Source of the DNA: Candidatus Woesearchaeota archaeon
GTDB taxonomy: Archaea > Nanobdellota > Nanobdellia > SCGC-AAA011-G17 > GW2011-AR18
Direction: 5' to 3'
Assembly (NCBI GenBank): GCA_018302765.1
Contig: JAGVZG010000001.1
Location: 1-64,000, forward strand
Length of the DNA stretch: 64,000 nt
Shown: positions 19,696-28,881 of the stretch, piece by piece
How positions within the stretch are numbered: the stretch's first letter is position 1
Layout: each line of letters starts with the position of its first letter
The notes under the pieces: generated by a model
What the model saw: the letters and a program-made list of their open reading frames with translations, nothing else
The model's database searches: none
Told to the model about the DNA's origin: nothing
Translations under genes and position numbers: made by a program

Positions 19696-20589
19696 ATGAA
19701 AACAAAAGATGTTTTATTTTTTGATAAAGATCATACTTTAGGAGAATTTAGTAAAATTGACAAAGGTCTTTATCCAAGAGTTATAGATTTTCTTAATAAT
19801 CAATTTGAAAAAGGGATAGGCCTGTACATAGCTACAGATGCTGGCGAAGCTGGCAGAAAACATCTAGAAAAAATTGATTTTCTACTAGATGGTTATTTTG
19901 GCAGAGAGAAAATAGGAAGTGAACGTGGAACTCTTTATGTTTTACCAGATGGAAATATTAGAAGACTTTATGATGACTATTGCTCTAGATGTTCTTTATT
20001 ACCAGAAAAAAAGCAGAGCAGACTAAATGATTTACTTTATAAATTAGCAGATATGAAGGATGATTTTTCATTGTCAATAGATAAAAGAAAGGAGATAGAA
20101 CGGAGACTAGAAAAATTTTGGAAAAAATGGGGAAGGCTTGTTCATAGTGCTACAAAAGAGCCTTTTGATGATTCTACAATTTATGTAAATCCTAATGCCG
20201 AAGCATGTGGTTGTGCAGCATTTTCTAAAGATATTTATCTTGCAAAGAGATTAATAGATCCAGTGAATTATTCAGATTTAAGAAGTGTTATGGTTGGTGA
20301 CTTTGGAGATGAAGGTGTTTCTTTGTCAGATCCTGAAACTCCTTTGATTGTAATTTCTAATGGTGTAAGAAGTGGAGAATGGCATTATATTTCTTCTATG
20401 GTTGATCGGCTTTTTAGTAGCCAAGATGAAAAACCTTGGCAAGTTTATGACAGGATATTTGCAGGCTCTAGTATTGTTGGTAATAATGAAAGAAGTTGCT
20501 CTTTAGACGGGCTGAAATTTAGACTTAAAAATAGAATGGAAATTTTATCTGGAAGAGACAGTTTAGCAAGATTAGTTTATTGCGAATGA
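19696..20589 (+). CDS. Hypothetical protein with HAD-like N-terminal motif
   Basis: LFFDKDHTL (DxDxT) and late MVGD, split by a helical insert. Confidence 0.6.
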   Translation: MKTKDVLFFDKDHTLGEFSKIDKGLYPRVIDFLNNQFEKGIGLYIATDAGEAGRKHLEKIDFLLDGYFGREKIGSERGTLYVLPDGNIRRLYDDYCSRCSLLPEKKQSRLNDLLYKLADMKDDFSLSIDKRKEIERRLEKFWKKWGRLVHSATKEPFDDSTIYVNPNAEACGCAAFSKDIYLAKRLIDPVNYSDLRSVMVGDFGDEGVSLSDPETPLIVISNGVRSGEWHYISSMVDRLFSSQDEKPWQVYDRIFAGSSIVGNNERSCSLDGLKFRLKNRMEILSGRDSLARLVYCE

Positions 20590-20654
20590 ATTTTTATGAT
20601 TGGATTTTTTGGCAGAGAAAGATTTATTAATTCTTTTAGATAGGCAAAATAGAT

Positions 20655-21446
20655 ATGGCTATATCAAGAGTTATAGGTTGTATTTCTGCTAAAGGTGGCG
20701 TTGGTAAAACTACAAGTGCAATTAATTTAGCTGCAGCGTTGCATGTTTTTGGCAAAGACGTTATTCTTGTTGATGCGAATTTAACAACTCCAAATGTTGG
20801 GGTTTACTTAGGAGTACCAATTGCTCCTGTTACATTACATGATGTTTTGAGGGGCAAGAAAGACGCTCGTGATGCAGTTTTTCAGCATAGGCATGGTTTC
20901 AAGGTTTTGCCTGCAAGCATTTCTGTTAAGGACGCAAAAAAAGTAGATCCAAACAAGTTAGATTTTGTTTTGAAAGATATAGACGGCCATAGTGATTTTA
21001 TAATACTTGATGGTTCTCCTGGACTAACTAAAGAAGCACTTGCAGTAGTTAAAGCATCTAATGAAGTTATTATTGTTACTAATCCTGAGATGCCTGCAGT
21101 TACTGACGCTCTTAAAACTATTAAGATTTGCAGAGAGCTTAAGAAAGAAGTTTTGGGAGTTCTAGTAACTAAGACAAATGCAAAAAATGCTGATATGCCT
21201 TTGAAAGACATAGAAAATATATTAGACGTTCCTGTTATGGGTATAATACCTGAGGACAGAGCTGTTAAATTTGCTGTTGCAAACAAGGAACCTGTTGTTC
21301 ATAATTATCCTAAGAGCCCTGCTGCTGTTCAATACAAAAAGTTAGCTGCAGAATTATTAAATATAAAATACAGTGAAAGGATTGAACCTTTGAATACTGG
21401 TAGTTTCTTTGACAGTATATTAAAATGGCTTGGATTTAAAGATTAG
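20655..21446 (+). CDS. minD: MinD/ParA family ATPase
   Basis: KGGVGKTT, LVDANL, ILDGSPG, PAVTDALK. Confidence 0.93.
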   Translation: MAISRVIGCISAKGGVGKTTSAINLAAALHVFGKDVILVDANLTTPNVGVYLGVPIAPVTLHDVLRGKKDARDAVFQHRHGFKVLPASISVKDAKKVDPNKLDFVLKDIDGHSDFIILDGSPGLTKEALAVVKASNEVIIVTNPEMPAVTDALKTIKICRELKKEVLGVLVTKTNAKNADMPLKDIENILDVPVMGIIPEDRAVKFAVANKEPVVHNYPKSPAAVQYKKLAAELLNIKYSERIEPLNTGSFFDSILKWLGFKD

Positions 21447-21519
21447 GATTTAGATTTGTTTTTATCATTAAGTAGTAAAAATAGTAAGATTTAAATACTT
21501 TTTCTGTTAAATTATTAAT

Positions 21520-21873
21520 ATGGGTTACTACGAAGAAAATCAAGGTCTTTACGATATGTTTGTAACAGAATTAAATTTAACTATAATGAAATTTAATTTA
21601 GACAGTCCAATTAAAGACTCTTTAGTTTCTAAGCTTTTAGAAATTGACAAAGATGATTTAACTTACAAATTTTATAGACTAATTTATTCTGCCCCTGAAA
21701 GGGACTATTCATTTGAAGTTACTAATTTTATATTTGACATGGGACTTAATCCAGTTTTATTGGAACGTCATGTTCTTTTTCCACAAGGTTGTGACTTATG
21801 GCGAGATATTTATAAGGTACTGTGTGGACAAAAAGAAGTGAAATATAATACAAAACCTGATACGATTTCTTAA
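21520..21873 (+). CDS. Hypothetical protein
   Basis: 117-aa ATG ORF with TATA-like upstream sequence. Confidence 0.6.
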   Translation: MGYYEENQGLYDMFVTELNLTIMKFNLDSPIKDSLVSKLLEIDKDDLTYKFYRLIYSAPERDYSFEVTNFIFDMGLNPVLLERHVLFPQGCDLWRDIYKVLCGQKEVKYNTKPDTIS

Positions 21874-21931
21874 GAAATATTATTTAAAAAGAGATAATTA
21901 TGGATATATAAACTGTAATTAATATTAAAAT

Positions 21932-22234
21932 TTATGTATACTTAATTTTAATCTTATTATACAAAAATTTTGAAATCTTAAGTAGAAATGGAACAATAAT
22001 TAATAATATAATAATTATTTTGTTAAAATTCCTACTTAAGAAAGCAGATTTTTCTGTCAGAGTGCTTAGTAAAATAATGATAAAAACAATAGAGAATAGA
22101 ATTACATTAGCAATTATTATGATTATTAGTAGAGAATGGTCTTTCTTTTTTTGAATGTGTTTATTGTTTGTTAATTTTATCAGTTCTGTCTGCTTATTGA
22201 CAATTTCTTTTATTGCTTCTTTTATTTTAACCAT
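21932..22234 (-). CDS. Hypothetical two-TM membrane protein
   Basis: Two Ile/Leu-rich hydrophobic stretches. Confidence 0.55.
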   Translation of the reverse strand: MVKIKEAIKEIVNKQTELIKLTNNKHIQKKKDHSLLIIIIIANVILFSIVFIIILLSTLTEKSAFLSRNFNKIIIILLIIVPFLLKISKFLYNKIKIKYT

Positions 22235-22293
22235 TTCTGTTTTATGTTTTTTGTCAGTAAACTATATAAATTTTGTTTACCATATATATTGTT

Positions 22294-23115
22294 ATGAGAA
22301 GAAGACTTTTTTGTGCTGGATTAGCATTGCTGCTTTTTCCAGCTTGTGGAGGAAATTCTGACAATGATAGAGAGCGTCCTACTAGAGATATGAGGGTTGG
22401 TTATTCTGACGGTCGTGGAGATGATAGTAGTACTAATGGCGATGGCAGTAATGGAGTTGATGGCAATAATAATGGAAAAGATGGCTTTGCTGGAAATAAT
22501 CCTCCTGAGGTTTTCTTGCTTGACAGAGATGGCAACCCTACTGATATTTTTAGGGTGCGCGTTGGTATGAATACTGAATTTTCAGCTAAGGCAGATGATC
22601 CTGATGGCGATGAATTAAGTTGCAGGTTTGATATTAATTACAAAAATGGTGGAAATTTATTTACTAGAGACTGGAGCAGTTGTGATGGTTTTAATTATAA
22701 CATGACTTCTTTAGGTAGTTATGATGTTGTTGCTAGAGTTAAAGATTCTAGAGGAATGGAAGGTAGACCTTACAGTGCTTCTTTGGAAGCTATGGCTAAT
22801 GTTCCTCCTGTTGTTGATTTAGATAGTAGCAAGTGCCCAGAATCTTATATGGGTTCATGTCTTTTTCGACCTCAAATAAATAATACTATTTGTTGGGTTA
22901 TAGCTTTAGATAGGACTTATGATCTTGATGGCAGTATAAAAAAATTTAGAGTTTATCCTATGCTGAGAGAATTTCCCACTAATTATATAGAGAGTTCTGA
23001 TCCAGCAGATATGTGTGGGGTTTTTGTTACTAAAGGAATTTATCTTTCTAGGATAGAAGTTATAGATAATGAAAGTGCTGTTGGAAGTATAGATTTCTAT
23101 AACGAAACTATGTAA
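22294..23115 (+). CDS. Lipoprotein with PKD-like domains
   Basis: Lipobox-like LLLFPAC, D/G/N-rich linker, NNPPEV..ADDPDGD and NVPPVV..YDLDGSI repeats; TATA 23 nt upstream. Confidence 0.75.
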   Translation: MRRRLFCAGLALLLFPACGGNSDNDRERPTRDMRVGYSDGRGDDSSTNGDGSNGVDGNNNGKDGFAGNNPPEVFLLDRDGNPTDIFRVRVGMNTEFSAKADDPDGDELSCRFDINYKNGGNLFTRDWSSCDGFNYNMTSLGSYDVVARVKDSRGMEGRPYSASLEAMANVPPVVDLDSSKCPESYMGSCLFRPQINNTICWVIALDRTYDLDGSIKKFRVYPMLREFPTNYIESSDPADMCGVFVTKGIYLSRIEVIDNESAVGSIDFYNETM

Positions 23116-23127
23116 CTTTTTATTATA

Positions 23128-23775
23128 TTAATATTGTTTTATTGTTACAACAATATTTCCTGGACCTAAACCAGCAGTTACAGTCTTTTCAGATGTAAGA
23201 TAATTCATACTAGTAAAATCTTTTATTTGTATTGGTATTGGTGGGGCAGCACTTCCAACTTCTGATATTCTTAATTCTGTTGGTGACGTAACATTTGTCT
23301 TATAATAAGCAGAATCAAAATTACCTACAATTGTGTCTACAGTATTGCACCCTATTCCTTCTATACATAAGTCTCCTTTTGTTTGTGTACTCTGGCTCAT
23401 TAAGGCCAGGCTGACTTGTTCTCCTTTTACATTAGTAAATTCTAATTTTAAAACTTTATTATTCAAGGTATTTACAATATGTAAGTTTCCGGTGCTGTCT
23501 TTGTAAATATAAAAAACACCAAAGTTTGGATCTTTCTTTTTTGCTTCTTCAAGAAATGCAATTGTGAAATTATCTATTGCTTCTACAGGATTTGTTCCAT
23601 TGTATAGTGCAAAGTTAATTATCTTTGGATATTCTGTCTGGTAATTTTCACTTAGATCTTTGTAGTCTTCTGGAGTTGGATATGTTTTTATTGTATTATA
23701 TTCAATTGCTACTGAATAAATTGACATTACAAAGATTATTGCAGCTATAAGAAATATCTGACCTCTTTTATTCAT
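23128..23775 (-). CDS. Protein with class III (pilin/archaellin-like) signal peptide
   Basis: MNKRG|QIFLIAAIIFV cleavage motif. Confidence 0.7.
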   Translation of the reverse strand: MNKRGQIFLIAAIIFVMSIYSVAIEYNTIKTYPTPEDYKDLSENYQTEYPKIINFALYNGTNPVEAIDNFTIAFLEEAKKKDPNFGVFYIYKDSTGNLHIVNTLNNKVLKLEFTNVKGEQVSLALMSQSTQTKGDLCIEGIGCNTVDTIVGNFDSAYYKTNVTSPTELRISEVGSAAPPIPIQIKDFTSMNYLTSEKTVTAGLGPGNIVVTIKQY

Positions 23776-23866
23776 AAATATATTACTCTTATTATTGTTT
23801 ATAAGTTTTCTCTTTAATTTTTAATAAACCACTAGGTTTAAAAATTATTAAATGTTCTTTTTTATA

Positions 23867-24027
23867 CCCCGCGTAGCTCAACGGTGGAGCTTTCGGCTGT
23901 AGATCACGGTCTCTGTTAGATCTTACGCTTTATGCTAGAAATGAAAAACAGGTAGCTGAGCCCGAAGGGTTGCTGGAAGTTTACTCAATTTAAGGTAAAT
24001 TGGCAAATTCGAATCTGGCCGCGGGGA
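23867..24027 (+). tRNA. tRNA-Tyr(GUA) with two introns (approx. 23903-23960 at 37/38; 23977-24007 at 53/54)
   Basis: Acceptor CCCCGCG/CGCGGGG with C1:G72; anticodon stem TTCGG/CCGAA with CTGTAG; T arm GCTGG-TTCGAAT-CTGGC after intron removal. Confidence 0.88.
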
Positions 24028-24124
24028 CTTATTATATATTCTAAAAATATACCTTCTATTTGGTGCGTGGACGACATGACATTATCTATATGCGTTTAAT
24101 TTATAAATTTCTTTTACTAATTTT

Positions 24125-24319
24125 TTGTATGGGCTGAATCAAATTTCTCAAATGTTAATAGCTTTAGGAATAGTAAACAAAATTGTTAGTAGATATGATC
24201 AAAAAAGAAATGTTTATGCTGTTGTTATTGGAAAGAAGGAGTACTTAATTAAATTTAGCAATGTTGTTGGATTTAGATCTAAATTAAAAAGTTTTAAACT
24301 ATTGAGTTTAATATCTTGA
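24125..24319 (+). CDS. Small hypothetical protein
   Basis: 64-aa ORF with non-ATG start between two tRNAs. Confidence 0.35.
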   Translation: MYGLNQISQMLIALGIVNKIVSRYDQKRNVYAVVIGKKEYLIKFSNVVGFRSKLKSFKLLSLIS

Positions 24320-24379
24320 TTTATTATTAATATTGAATAAAAAAACTTATAAACAATCATATTGTCTTTTACCTAATAA

Positions 24380-24502
24380 GCCCTGGTAGTGTAGTGGTTA
24401 GCACAGAGCCCTGTCGATGTAAGCTTTTAGGAAAGGCTTGAAAAAACTTTGCTAAACAATAGATAGGCTCTAACTCGAGTTCAAATCTCGGCCAGGGCGC
24501 CA
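24380..24502 (+). tRNA. tRNA-Asp(GUC) with canonical 37/38 intron (24417-24464) and encoded CCA
   Basis: GCCCTGG/CCAGGGC acceptor, GAGCC/GGCTC stem, CTGTCG loop, BHB central helix CTGT/ATAG. Confidence 0.93.
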
Positions 24503-24684
24503 TATTTTTTTGCAATGATAAATAAAAAATCCAGAATTAATAAATAAGTTATGTAATGATATCCAATTATCCTAATTTATAATATTATTTGAAAAAGCCT
24601 TGTGAGAAGATTTATGTAAAAGATAATAAATAGAAAAGAAATAATTTTGACAAAATATTTAAATGAGAGACAACTTAAGAAATT

Positions 24685-25332
24685 ATGAAAAAAGAGGTTT
24701 TGTTTGTGTTATTTTTATTAAGTTTATTAGCGGTTTTTACTTCTTTCTCGATGAATTCTGTTTTGGCTATTGAAGGTAAGTGCGTAGGTGGTCCTGGACC
24801 ACAAGGAAATTTCTTAACAAGAGCGGAGGGTGGATGCTGTTTGAATGATGAGTGTTGTAATTATCCTGCAACACAAGCTTGGTGCAATAGAACTAAAAAA
24901 GATCTTGTGCCTTTTAAAGATATAGAAAGCTATGTAGAAAATGATGAAGACTTGTTTAAAGATAAAGGAAAGGTAATTGGTAAAACTGAAAGTTTAGAGG
25001 GTAAGGTTGAAGTTAAGCAAGAAGACGGAACATGGAAACAGCTTAAAGTAGGAGATGAAGTAAAATTCTTAGACCATATTAGGGTTGGAAAAATAGGTAA
25101 CGTTAAGATAAAGTTGATTGATGATACTTCATTCACAATCTCAGAAAATTCTTATTCAGTTATAGATGAATTTTTTTACGACCCAAATCAGTCTTTTTTA
25201 GAAAGAACTTATAAAAAATATTTCATAGGTACTTTTGAATGGATACATGAAAAATTAAATGAAATAAATAAAGAATTAAATAAACGGTTCCAGCAGAGAA
25301 ATGTTGAATCAGCAGCAGCTGTTCGCGGCTAA
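24685..25332 (+). CDS. Secreted FecR-domain protein with a Cys-rich N-terminus
   Basis: Signal peptide; GKVEV..W..LKVGD..DHIRVG..KIKLIDD..ISENS; ends AAAVRG. Confidence 0.75.
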   Translation: MKKEVLFVLFLLSLLAVFTSFSMNSVLAIEGKCVGGPGPQGNFLTRAEGGCCLNDECCNYPATQAWCNRTKKDLVPFKDIESYVENDEDLFKDKGKVIGKTESLEGKVEVKQEDGTWKQLKVGDEVKFLDHIRVGKIGNVKIKLIDDTSFTISENSYSVIDEFFYDPNQSFLERTYKKYFIGTFEWIHEKLNEINKELNKRFQQRNVESAAAVRG

Positions 25333-25643
25333 TAAAAATTATATTGTTAATTTTTAATTATTTAAAGAAACACACTACAAATATACTAAAATATATTCAG
25401 GTGCTCCAGAAATGAAAAAACTAGAAAATATTCTTACTTGCCATAAAAATCAACCATGATGAATTTAATTACTAATAAGGCTTTGGTGCATTCCTAATTC
25501 TTTATTTATTTTTGTGTGGAAAATGGTAAGTCTTAGATAAGCAAAGTTAACAAAAGATTATCTGAGAAAAGAGGGTTGCACCAGAGCTTCTAATAAAAAG
25601 TTTTATATATAAGTTATTATATAGTAGTTATAGGTACTATATA

Positions 25644-25871
25644 ATGGCAGAAGTTACAACAATACAATTGGATAAATCAATATTAGAGAATTTAAAAAAG
25701 TCTAAAGAATACCCAAGGCAAAGCTATAATGAATTAATAGTGCATATGCTAGAAATTTTTAAAAATATAAAATCTAAAAATCAATATGATGAATTTTTAC
25801 ATAAAATACAGCAACAGAAAATGAGAGAGCTTTGGGACAATGAGAAAGATGAGGTTTGGAATAATGTTTAA
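25644..25871 (+). CDS. Putative RHH-type antitoxin
   Basis: TTIQLDKS..L..K.YPRQSYNELI; overlaps the toxin start. Confidence 0.75.
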   Translation: MAEVTTIQLDKSILENLKKSKEYPRQSYNELIVHMLEIFKNIKSKNQYDEFLHKIQQQKMRELWDNEKDEVWNNV

Positions 25872-26178
25872 GTCAGGTGACTTAGTAATAGCAAGAGTTC
25901 AATATACAGATACTTATGAAGTAAAAACAAGGCCTGCTATAGTTTTGTTTGAGGAATATGACAATGTCGTTATTGCAGGAGTGACAAGCAATTTGAATAT
26001 GAAAGGAATACCTTTAACTAAAAAGGAAGGAGCAGTGGAAGATAGTATAATAAAATTAAATTATATATTTACAGTATCTAATGCTATGATATCAAAAAAA
26101 CTATTTCATTTGAGTTTAGAAAAGAAGAGATTAATTTATGAAGAGTTAAATAAAAAATTAGGTGGTTTGAAAAATTAA
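25864..26178 (+). CDS. PemK/MazF family toxin
   Basis: GDLVIARVQYTD..KTRPAIVL...AGVTSN. Confidence 0.88.
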   Translation: MFKSGDLVIARVQYTDTYEVKTRPAIVLFEEYDNVVIAGVTSNLNMKGIPLTKKEGAVEDSIIKLNYIFTVSNAMISKKLFHLSLEKKRLIYEELNKKLGGLKN

Positions 26179-26255
26179 TATAATATTTCTTGCTACTAAC
26201 TGGCAATCGCAATGAGCTTAAATAAAATTTAGTACATTTTTATTTAGAAATAATG

Positions 26256-26612
26256 TCAAACTTTTTCTTCTAGATTTCCTTTTGATTTTAATTTTCTTTC
26301 TTCAGTCCAGACTTGTTTTATTCTATCCTGAGAATATCCTAGCATTCTTGCTGCTCTGCTTAAATTTCCATCATACATATTGTAAGCCCTAATAATTGTT
26401 CTTCTTGTTATTTCATCTATAGGTCTTCCGTTAAATCTTTTTCCTCCTGGTTTATTTATTTTATAGATAGCTTTTACCCAGTAGTTTCTTATTGTTGAGA
26501 CGCTTACAAAAATATTATCTTCTGTTAATAATTCTCTTGCTTTTGTTATACTTCCTTCTGCTCTGCTATATATTTCTAGAACTCTTGTTTTTTCATAGTC
26601 TGAAATTGTCAC
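26256..26612 (-). CDS. Hypothetical tandem-HTH protein
   Basis: Two similar HTH units (GSITKARELL..SVSTIRNYW; GNLSRAARMLGYSQDRIKQVW). Confidence 0.65.
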   Translation of the reverse strand: MTISDYEKTRVLEIYSRAEGSITKARELLTEDNIFVSVSTIRNYWVKAIYKINKPGGKRFNGRPIDEITRRTIIRAYNMYDGNLSRAARMLGYSQDRIKQVWTEERKLKSKGNLEEKV

Positions 26613-26880
26613 TAATTTTATCTTTGTTTTAAATTATTAAGTCTTTTTGTAAGATAAAATATACTTTAATTACGTTGAATTAGAGAATAGAATTTTTTTG
26701 CAATATTATTTTTCTTTGTATTTTTAGAGTCATGAAAAATTTTATATACAAGTAAAAATCGCAACTTTTATATATAGGACAGGTTTGTCAGAAACATGAT
26801 GCTTTCTAAGACCCAGCCAGAAATATCTACATTGGCTTAAAAACGTCTTAGATAGTGGTATATTAACTAATAGAAAAAGA

Positions 26881-27051
26881 GGGCCGGTAGCTCAGCTTGG
26901 TAGAGCACCTGAAACAAGCTTTAATGAGAAGCTTGAACAAAAACGAAAGTTTGAATTGGTGAACCTTTTAAATCAGGCTGATGAAAGCAGGTGGTCGTGG
27001 GTTCAAAACAGATTAAGCTGGTGTTTATCTGTGTATTTCCCATCCGGCCCG
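26881..27051 (+). tRNA. tRNA-Lys(UUU) with three introns (26912-26963 at 30/31; 26971-26985 at 37/38; 27008-27037 at 59/60)
   Basis: GGGCCGG/CCGGCCC acceptor and canonical D arm. Splicing gives CCTGC-CTTTTAA-GCAGG and GTGGG-TTCAAAT-CCCAT. The first intron has a clean BHB (CACC/GGTG). Confidence 0.87.
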
Positions 27052-27093
27052 CATAGTCAAGATTTATCATAGAATTGAGGACATAAAGAAAAA

Positions 27094-27336
27094 ATGACAG
27101 AAGCAAGCCAAGAAATTAGACATTTTTTAGTTCCAGAACATATAAGGCTTACAGATGAGGAAAAAAAAGAAGTTCTTGAAAAATATAATATTTCTATTAA
27201 GCAATTGCCAATGATTAATATTAGTGATACTGCTTTAAAAAATATGAGCGTTAAAGTAAATGATTTAGTTATGATAAAAAGAAGCAGTCCAACTGCTAAG
27301 GAAACAAATTATTACAGGGTGGTTGTTGATGGTTAA
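27094..27336 (+). CDS. rpoH: RNA polymerase subunit Rpo5 (RpoH)
   Basis: HFLVPEH, QLPMI, RSSPTA..YYRVV. Confidence 0.96.
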   Translation: MTEASQEIRHFLVPEHIRLTDEEKKEVLEKYNISIKQLPMINISDTALKNMSVKVNDLVMIKRSSPTAKETNYYRVVVDG

Positions 27337-28819
27337 CGGTTATCAAACTTTAATGCAGGCTTACTTTAAGGATTATCCTTTTGTAGAGTCTAATATACAA
27401 AGCTTTAATGATTTTGTAGAGAAAAGTCTGCAATTATTAGTTGATGAAGTTGGAGATATAGTTCCTACAATTGTTCCTCAGGAAGTTGAAAGTTTTGTAA
27501 TCAAGCTTAAGAAAATCTGGATAGACAAGCCAAGCATTATAGAAGCAGATGGCAGCAAAAGGGATGTTTATCCCTGCGAAGCCAGATTAAGGGCTTTGAC
27601 TTATTCTTCTCCTATATACTTGGAAGTTAGCGCTTATATTGATGACGTGCAAAGAGAAAGTTTTGTTACTATGATAGGAAAGCTTCCAATTATGCTGAAG
27701 TCAAAGTATTGTCATTTGCATGGCTTAAAAAGAGAAGAGCTTATTTTTAGAGGAGAAGATCCGGATGAAGCAGGAGGCTATTTTATAATTAATGGAAATG
27801 AAAGAGTATTAATTACTGTAGAAGATCTAGCTTCTAATAAATTCTTTATAGAGAAGAAAGATATTGGGCCTAGTGAATATGTTGCCAAGGTTTTTTCTGA
27901 AATGGGAAGCTATAGAATACCTCATACAATAGAACAAATGAAAGATGGAATATTTTACTTGACATTTACAAGATTTAGGAGAGTACCTTTGGTTCCTGTA
28001 CTGAAAGCATTGGGCTTGATTAAAGATCAAGAAATAGTAAAGATGATATGCGGAGACAAAGCTTATGATTCTGTATTTATAAATTTATATGACGCTGCAG
28101 AGCTTAAGAGCGAAGGAGATGCATTAGAATATTTGGCTAAGAGAATTGGAGTTACTCAGCCTAGAGAAGTTAAATTAGAGAAAGGTGGTGAGCAGCTTGA
28201 TAAATATCTATTGCCGCATTTAGGAACTGATTCTAAGTACAGACTGAATAAAGCTTACAACTTGTGTAAAATGGTAAGGAGATTTTTACAAGTTAGCGAA
28301 GAAGGCTTGCCTTTGCCAGACAAAGATCATTATACAAATAAAAGATTAAAATTATCTGGAGATTTATTGGAAGATTTAATAAGAACAAATTTAAGAAGCT
28401 TAGTGCAGGACGTTCTTTATAATTTTCAAAGATTAGTCAAGAGAGGTAAATTCCAGAGCATTAAGATAATTATTAGAGATGAATTACTTAGTTCTAATAT
28501 TAAGAGCGCACTGGCAACTGGAGGCTGGACTGGAGGAAGAAAAGGTATTAGCCAGAATATGGACAGGACAAATCATCTAGCTACTTATTCTCATTTGCAG
28601 AGAGTTGTATCTTTGCTTACAAGCACACAAGAGAACTTTGAAGCCAGGGCTTTGCATCCAACTCATTTTGGAAGGCTATGTCCAATAGAAACTCCTGAAG
28701 GAACTTCAATTGGTTTGAGAAAGAACATGGCTTTATTATGTAATGTTTCAAGAGGAGATATTCAAGAGGATAAAGTGAAGAAAGCATTGGAAAATTTAGG
28801 GCTGAAGGTGATGGGTTAA
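27329..28819 (+). CDS. rpoB2: RNA polymerase subunit B'' (Rpo2N)
   Basis: SNIQSFNDF, EARLRALTYS, GYFIINGNERV, GRLCPIETPEG. Confidence 0.97.
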   Translation: MVNGYQTLMQAYFKDYPFVESNIQSFNDFVEKSLQLLVDEVGDIVPTIVPQEVESFVIKLKKIWIDKPSIIEADGSKRDVYPCEARLRALTYSSPIYLEVSAYIDDVQRESFVTMIGKLPIMLKSKYCHLHGLKREELIFRGEDPDEAGGYFIINGNERVLITVEDLASNKFFIEKKDIGPSEYVAKVFSEMGSYRIPHTIEQMKDGIFYLTFTRFRRVPLVPVLKALGLIKDQEIVKMICGDKAYDSVFINLYDAAELKSEGDALEYLAKRIGVTQPREVKLEKGGEQLDKYLLPHLGTDSKYRLNKAYNLCKMVRRFLQVSEEGLPLPDKDHYTNKRLKLSGDLLEDLIRTNLRSLVQDVLYNFQRLVKRGKFQSIKIIIRDELLSSNIKSALATGGWTGGRKGISQNMDRTNHLATYSHLQRVVSLLTSTQENFEARALHPTHFGRLCPIETPEGTSIGLRKNMALLCNVSRGDIQEDKVKKALENLGLKVMG

Positions 28820-28881
28820 ATGAAAGGATCTGAAACGACATTGGGAGGAGAGTTACCTGATTATAGGGGTAGGTCTTGAAA

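Noticed and set aside
26921-27106. 61-aa minus-strand ORF
   Set aside because: It lies antisense over the intron-containing tRNA-Lys
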